NCBI GenBank assembly: GCA_951406725.2
Contig: OX597818.1
Span: forward strand, 86,490,001-86,554,000
Origin: Octopus vulgaris
Lineage: Eukaryota
DNA: 64,000 nt
Direction of reading: 5' to 3'
The notes under the pieces were generated by a model. It saw only the letters and a program-made list of their open reading frames with translations, did not search any database and was not told the DNA's origin. Below, piece by piece: positions 56,460 through 64,000 of the stretch. Position 1 is the first letter of the stretch. Each line of letters opens with the position of its first letter. A program made the position numbers and the translations under genes.

Positions 56460-57820
56460 TTCCTCTCTTTCGTCCACTTTCTCACTCTCTCTCTCACTCT
56501 CTCTCACTCTCTCTCACTCTCTTTCCCTCTTTCCCTCTCTCTGTCTCACTCTCTCTTTCACTCTCTCTCCCTCTCCTTCCCTCTCACCCTCTCTCTCTCA
56601 CTCTCTCTCTCACTCTCTCTCACTCTCTCTCCATCTCTCCCTCTCTCTCTCTCTCACTCTCTCACTCTCTTTCCCTCTTTCCCTCTCTCCCTCTCTCTCT
56701 CTCTCTCACTCGATCTTACCTCTCTCCAGCTCTTCCACTCTTTCTCTCTCGGTCTCTCCTCTCTCCCACTCTCCCTTTCTCCCTCCCCTCTCTCTCCCTC
56801 TCTCGGTCTCTCTTCTCTCCCACTCTCCCTTTCTCTCTCCCTCTCTCTCTCTGCCCTGCCTCTCCTCCCTCTTTCCTTCTCTCTACCACTCTCTCTCTCC
56901 CTTTCTCCTATCTCTCCTCTCTCTATTTCTCCCCCTCACTTTATTTCTCCCCTCACTCTATTTCTCACCTCTCTCTCTCTTTCCATCTTTCCCTTTAACT
57001 CTCTCGCCCTCGCTCTCTCACTCCGTCTCTCTTTCTCTCTCTCTCCCGCTCTCTCTTTCTTGCTCTCACTCCCTCTCTTTCCCTCTAACTATCTCTCTCA
57101 ATCTCAACCTCTTTCTCTCCCCTCCCCCTCCCTCCCTCCCTCTCTCTTTAATTTTCCCTCTCTTTTAATTTATCTCTCTCTCTCCTTCTCTCTCCCCATC
57201 TTTCCCTCTCTCTCGCTCTCCCTCTCTCTCCTCATCTTTTCCTTTCCCTTTAGCTCTCTCTCGCTTTCTTCTTTTCTCTCTCCCTCTCTCTCTCTCTCTT
57301 CCTCTTTCCTTCTCCCTCTCTCTCCATCTCTCCCTCTTTCTCTCCCCTCTCCCCTCTCACCCGCTCCTCTCTCTCTCGTTTCTCTTTTTCTCTCTCTCCC
57401 TCTCTCCCTCTTTCTCTCCCTCTTTCTCTTGCCCTCTTTCTCTCCTCTCTGTCTCGCTTTCTCCTTTTTTGTCTCCCTTTCTCTCCCTCTTTCTCTCCCA
57501 CTCTCCTCTCTCTCTCGCTCTCTTTCCCTCTCTCTCTTCTTTTCTCTCTGTCTCGCTTCCTCCTTTTCTCTCTCCCTCTCTCTCCCTCTTCCTCTTTCCT
57601 TCTCCCTCTTTCTTTCCATCTCTCCCTCTTTCCTCCTCCTCTTTCTCTCCCCTCTCTATCTCTCTCCCTCTCTCTACCGCTTTCCTCTCTCTGTTTCGCT
57701 TTCTCCATTTCTCCCCCTCTCCCTCTCTCTTCCTCTTTCCTTCTCTCTCTCTCTCTCTCCATCTCTCCCTCTTTCTCTCGTCTCTCTCTTTTCCTCCCCT
57801 CTCTCTCCCTCTCTACCTTA
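56460..57820. repeat. ~1.36-kb polypyrimidine/polypurine (CT-rich) tract
   Basis: Directly visible. Confidence 0.95.
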
Positions 57821-58453
57821 CATTCCTTCTCTATGCCTACAAAATCAAGCGGGTTTAGTGATAGGTTGTAGCTTTCAAGGAGAGATATTGATTGCAGACC
57901 AGTGTAGTAACCATAGCTACCAGAATGAGTGAAAAACAGCTCTGAAAGGAGAAACAGCTGATTGGCTAAACTGTTTCAACTAGGACATCTAGCGGCGAAA
58001 TGCTGTATCACGCTGAGTAAGCATAACATATTGACATTTCTAATTAGGGGATAACAGGAACCCCTACTTAGCAAAGTAATATTTTTTGCCAGGGCATCAG
58101 AGGTATCTCTAAGTGGTCATTCAATTGATACATTAGAAATAGCAACCAAACTCCTTCAAATCACACACATTACAGCTATATTAAAAAGAGAAAAATGAAG
58201 AACATATTGATATATAAAATGGCGGGATGGTTATAGGTGGAATGTCGTTGATTATAAATCTGATTCAACGAGGCAGATTAGGGGTTAAGCAACAATAGCA
58301 TGTGATGTGACGGTGTGGCGAATATGAGATGTTGGTGTATGTCAGTCGAAAGACCCAGTTTTCAGTCAGGTGATAGTGCTGTGAAAATATTAAATGATCT
58401 AAACGCTCTGTATTATGTATATGTCTGAACACAATGACACAAACATTTATAAA

Positions 58454-58800
58454 GGCACAGGCGTAGCTGTGTAGTAAGAAGCTTGTTTCCCAACCACATG
58501 GTTCCGGGTTCACTCCTACCGTGTGGTATCTCGGGCAAGTGTCTTCTACTATAGCCTCGGGCTGACCAAAGCCTTGTGAGTGGATTTAGTAGACGGAAAC
58601 GGAAAGAAGTCTGTCGTATATATATATATATATGCATTTATGAATATATATCTATGTGTGTGTGTGTGTGTCTTTGTGTCTATTTACCCCCACCGCTTAA
58701 CAACCGATGTTGGTGTGCTTGCGTCCCCGTAACTTTGCGGTTCAGAAACAGAGCGTGATAGAATAAATACCAGTCTTTAAAAAAGTCCTGAGGTCGATTC
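58454..58800 (+). mobile_element. SINE family A
   Basis: Head and tail match the family. Confidence 0.85.
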
Positions 58801-58889
58801 ATTCATTCTCTCCCCAAAATTCCGAGTTCACCCATAGTTTCTTCCAGACGGGTTGGTGTGTATCCTGTGCTCCAATAATAATAATAATA

Positions 58890-59250
58890 GTGATTTCAAC
58901 TTTTGCGACAAGGGCAGCTATTTTAGGGGAGAGGCAGGGTCGATTACATCGGCCCCAGTGTTGAACTGGTACTCATATTATCGACCGCAAAAGGATGAAA
59001 GGTAGAGTCGACTACAGCGGAATTTGAACTCAGATCGGAGCGACGGGTGTAATACTGCTAAGCATTTCGTCCAGCGTGCTAACGATTCTGGCAGCTCGCC
59101 GGCAGTCCAATAATAAGGGTAATAATAATAATAATAATAAACTAAACCCGAAAGGATGAAACTAAACTAAACCTCAGAATCGGAGCGACGGGTGTAATTA
59201 CTGCTAAACATTTCGTCCAGCGTGCTAACGATTCTGCCAGCTCGCCGCCT
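58890..59250 (-). mobile_element. SINE family B variant, two copies separated by (TAA)n
   Basis: Duplicated cggagcgacgggtgtaat...cgtgctaacgattctg.cagctcgccg. Confidence 0.8.
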
Positions 59251-59267
59251 TTCCAATGATAATAATC

Positions 59268-59321
<54 letters not shown>

Positions 59322-59530
59322 TGCATGAAGTTGAAAGTGTATCTTGAGCACAGGCTCTGCAAACTCCTTATGAATGGTCCATAGATGTCCTCTTTCTCTT
59401 GTATTTTTGTAACCATATTCGTGTCCAGAGGGCAACTGATTTCCGAAAGAGAACGATTCTTTTCTCTGTAATCCCACACAACCTTATCTGACCTGTTGTG
59501 TTTGCGCCAATATTCCTTTGACCCATCGGT
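59322..59530 (-). pseudogene. RLE domain fragment of a second R4/NeSL-like retrotransposon family
   Basis: HNRSDKVVWDYREK...EISCPLDTNMVTKIQEKEDIYGPFIRSLQSL (PD...E..CP...K..KY-like); abuts (TAA)n. Confidence 0.65.
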
Positions 59531-59797
59531 CTAAATATGGTTAACTCCGTTTGTAGGTATTCTCTTTTTCGTTATCCTGTTCCAGGTCGTTTTCGTCCAC
59601 CGCATTGTATTATGTACGTATGTATGTATGTATGTATGTATGTATGTATGTATGTATGTATGTATGTATGTATGAATGTATGTATGCATGCATGTATGTA
59701 TGCATGTATGTATGTATGCATGTATGTATGTATGTATGTATGTATGTATGTATGTATGTGTGTGTGTGTATGTATGTATGTATGTATGTGTATATAC

Positions 59798-59852
<55 letters not shown>

Positions 59853-59909
59853 CATGTATGTATGTATATATATATATATGTGTATGTATACACGCGCGCA
59901 CACACACAC

Positions 59910-59949
<40 letters not shown>

Positions 59950-60611
59950 TTACACTCTGATATTGTTACCGAAGCAAGTCAGCAGGATAAAGAGTAGCTA
60001 CAAGGGGAATCCATGTGAGCAGAAATTTCCCTGCATACTGATGTGTTACGTTAAACTTTTGCCCTGTCCATCTTGATGAAGAGGCTCAGGAGTTTACTAA
60101 TGTTTGCTTCCATTAACGGCTGCAAACAATATGAAGTAACTCCGAGCCCTCAGAAACAGCTGTTCGACTTGTAACACCTTCTCCCCTCCAATTCTCTGAG
60201 TGTGTGTAATTTGAGTAAGTTTGCTCGCTGTCTATAATCCTTTAGGACAGTTTTCAATTCTCTTTCACGTTACCCACTTTTGTCTGTCTTGCAGCCCTAA
60301 GACTTTTTTTTTTCTTTTTTTGTCAACGTATTATTATTTTTTTTATTAAACGTTGTCTTCGTCCGACCCTAAGCCTTTATTCTGTTTATTGTCGTGTTCC
60401 TCGTCCGTCCACTAACGGTCTTGTTTCGTTGTTTTGGTCCCATTCCCGGCATGAAACGGTTCCTCCAGAGTGGAAGCAATCTTATCGATAAGCGCTGAAA
60501 TTACGTTCGACCTCTCTGGTCGATAACTAATGAGGTGTTGGTGACTTCTGTGCTTTCTGTTCGCCTGTGTATTTAGTATATGTTCGTTTGTTTATTTACT
60601 ACACGTGTTTT

Positions 60612-60653
<42 letters not shown>

Positions 60654-60974
60654 TAAAAGGGAAATAAGACAAGGTAAAAAATGCTAAAATAATTTTATCA
60701 TGAAAAACACTTTAGTACCGGTTTCAGCTATTGAGACTTTTTCAACTTAGAGTAAAGTATGAAAAACAATTAAATTGTGTAAAAATTAAATGAAAAGTTT
60801 TTTTAAAAATATTTCCATACTATTCAAATACAAGAGGCATTTCTCTTGTTTCTGCCTGTCTCTGTCTCTCTAATATATATATATCTGTGTGTGTGTGTGT
60901 GTGTGTGTGTAGACAGAGAGAGAGAGAGATAGAGAGAGACCAAAGTGTACTACGCCGCAATATATATATATATA

Positions 60975-62105
60975 TCAAAATAGATGAACATAAATGGAAT
61001 TTGTATCTTTGTGATACCAGTACGGTGGCACACAAGAAAACCATCCGAACGTGGCCGTAGCCAGTACCGCATCGACTGGCCTCCGTGCTGTGGGCACATA
61101 ACAAACACCATCCGATCGTGGCCGTTCACCAGCCTCATCTGGCACCTGTGTCGGTGGCACATAAAAACATCATCCGAAGACCCGGCAAGACTAGTCAGGC
61201 CATAACCCGTGGCCCCTACCTGGGACGTAGTCAGTCCATCTGTGCATACCTTCCTTCCTTCTTGTGACACTTGTGAAGACCTGTTGAGGCAAGTGAAAAT
61301 CAAATCAACTCAAATCAAATCAAATCAAAACAAATCAAAATAGATGAACATCAATGGAATTTGTATCTTTGTGGTACCAGTGCCGGTGGCACACAAGAAA
61401 ACCATCCGAACGTGGCGGTAGCCAGTACCGCATCGACTGGCCTCCGTGCTGTGGGCAAGTAACAAACACCATCCGATCGTGGCCGTTCGCCAGCCTCATC
61501 TGGCACCTGTGTCGGTGGCACATAAAAACACCATCCGAAGACCCGGCAAGACTAGTCAGGCCATAACCCGTGGCCCCTACCTGGGACGTAGTCAGTCCAC
61601 CTGTGCATACCTTCCTTCTTGTGACACTTGTGAAGACCTGTTGAGGCAAGTGAAAATCAATCAAAACAAATCAAAATAGATGAACATCAATGGAATTTCT
61701 ATCTTTATGATACCAGTGCCGGTGGTACACAGGAAAACCATGCGAACGTGGCCGTAGCCAGTACCGCATCGACTGGCCTCCGTGCTGCGGGCACGTAACT
61801 AACACCATCCGATCGTGACCGTTCGCCAGCCTCATCTGGCACCTGTGTCGGTGGCACATAAAAACACCATCCGAGCGTGGCCGTCTGCCAGCCTCGTCTG
61901 GCACCTGTGTCGGTGGCACATAAAATCACCCACTACACTCTCGGAGTGGTTGGCGTTAGGAAGGGCATCCAGCTGTAGAAACACTGCCAGATCTGACTGG
62001 CCTGGTGCAGCCTTCGGGCTCCCCAGACCCCAGTTGAACCGTCCAACCCATGCTAGCATGGAAAACGGACGCTAAATGAATGATGATAAATGATGATAAA
62101 TGATG
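60975..62105 (+). mobile_element. Tandem trimer of a ~340-bp retroposon unit ending in a SINE-type tail
   Basis: Three near-identical units joined by (caaat)n; the last ends ggcgttaggaagggcatccagctgtagaaa...acggacgctaaatgaatgatgat. Confidence 0.85.
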
Positions 62106-62119
62106 ATATATATATATAT

Positions 62120-62407
62120 ATAAAGGAATACAAAAAATGGGACAAGAACGCAAAACATCCAGACAGATGATACAAAAAAGGAACAAGAAAAAACAAGGAC
62201 GGGTCAGTCGGAGTTTTCTTTTCTCAGTGGAGTTTCAGATTATCTTTGCAATTTCGGCTGGTAATACGACTGAAAACTCCGAATGACCCATCCTTGTTAT
62301 TTCTTGCCCCTCTTTTGTATCATCTGCCTTGATGTTTTGTTATCCCTTTTTTTGTATCATCTAATTGGATGTTTTGCGTTGTTGTCCCATTTTTTGTATT
62401 CCTTTAC
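62120..62407. repeat. Foldback (long inverted repeat) element in (TA)n
   Basis: aaaggaatacaaaaaatgggac...cggagtttt pairs with aaaactccga...gtcccattttttgtattccttt. Confidence 0.85.
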
Positions 62408-62457
62408 ATATATATATATATGTCATATTTTCAGATTGTTGTCTTTCTATTTAATCC

Positions 62458-62527
<70 letters not shown>

Positions 62528-64000
62528 ATAATTTATCATCTGAAAGTTTTGAGTCTCCCTTCTGTTTTTACATATGTACGTGTATATATATTCTGTACAT
62601 TTAAACACAATGTTTTATCTGTTTATTTGAAACATTGTCTCCATGTATGTATAACTGTGTGTATGTATCTGTCTGTATGTATATACATATATGTGTGTGT
62701 GCGTCTTATGCATATGCATGTATGTGTGTCTGTATATATTATGTATATATGTATATACATATGTATATATGTATTTGTATCTATATATGTATTAATAGCT
62801 AAACTACGAAACGTGAGCGATGAACTCGAAACGATAGCAAAGGTGGATGTAAATAAAGTCAAGTTTCTATTATTAGATTGTTCTTTTGTTCATCATTGGT
62901 ACTAGTGATGTTGACCCAGTTGTGGTCATTACTAGTGACTGATAGTGGTAAAAACTCCTATCAATACTTATCAACATCTTGGAGTACCATTACCCGATAC
63001 GGTGTTGTTGAGTTTTAAGGTGCGTGGTTCTGTGCATGTATGCGTATATGGGCCGCATGCGCGTGTACTCATATGTATATGTATGTGTGTATGTGTGTAT
63101 ATGTGTGCGCGCTTTTGTGTAGATAAACAAATATATGTATATGTATATATAAACTTACATATATTTATACTCATATACAAGACTTATAAGTATATATTTA
63201 TATAAACATATATACATACGCATACATATATATGTATGTATATATATTTTTTTATGTGTGTGTGTATACGCGTATATATAGTTATCAATAACATATATAC
63301 ACATATACATACTTATAAATGTATATTTATTTAAACATATATATATATATATATTTACACATTTACACATACATAATTACATATATACGTATGTACATAT
63401 GTACGTATGTATGTATGTATGTATGTATGTATGTATGTATGTATGTATGTACGTACGTATGTATGTATATGTATGTACGTACGTATGTATGTATGTATGT
63501 ATGTATGTATGTATGTATGTATGTATGTATGTATGTATGTATGTATGTATGTATGTATATATGTATGTATGTTTACTCCCGTAATCACCAAGCTTATCTT
63601 TACAGGTTAGGAACCACCCAACACTCCATCAGCATTCACAAGTGGAGATATAAAGATATGTTTTGTCAAAATAAATAATAGCAACAAGGACGGCGTGGTT
63701 ACTATTTATGTTTATCTTGTTGTTGCTGTTGTTGCTGCTACAGCAAGTACTGTCCCTGCTGGTAGAGGTGATGGTGGTGGTGGTGGCGGTGGTAGTGGTG
63801 GTGGGGGTTAGTGCTTATAGTAATGTAGTGCTATAACGATGATGGTGATAGAGATGTCAATATTATTCTTGGTGGTGGTGGTGGTAGTGGGTGATAGTGA
63901 TGATGGTAGTGATGGTGATGTTAGTGTTGTTGTTGGTGGTGGTGGTGATGGTATTGGTGGTAAAGATGAGGTTAGTGGGATTGTTCTTGGTGGTGGCAAC

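Noticed and set aside
56395-57932. Long ORFs (257-500 aa) rich in S/L/P or R/E/G
   Set aside because: Translation of the CT/GA tract; it lacks stops only because of composition.
60975-61930. Regularly spaced repeats superficially resembling a CRISPR array
   Set aside because: Eukaryotic context, the 'spacers' are themselves repeated, and there are no cas genes.

Overview
Eukaryotic, AT-rich, repeat-saturated DNA. The SINE and microsatellite landscape looks like a coleoid cephalopod, most likely Octopus (inference). No host protein-coding gene can be confidently called: almost all track ORFs are microsatellite or repeat artefacts, and only one plausible spliced exon stands out (1672-1798, minus). 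The window holds dozens of copies of at least four tRNA-derived SINE families, two internally deleted mariner elements, mariner and hAT MITEs, and a decayed FLYWCH-MULE transposase. It also holds a head-to-tail dimer of a non-autonomous Helitron nested in a SINE, and CR1, RTE and RLE-type (R4/Dong-like) LINE fragments, the last sitting in (TAA)n. Most notable are about 10 hammerhead-ribozyme-like motifs in small non-coding repeats. These include a U3-A8 core variant, one with a ~70-nt stem II, and one behind a tRNA-like head. A GATA/Fox/nuclear-receptor motif cluster at ~49.8-50.2 kb is a candidate enhancer. Boundaries of degenerate repeats are approximate and read by eye.
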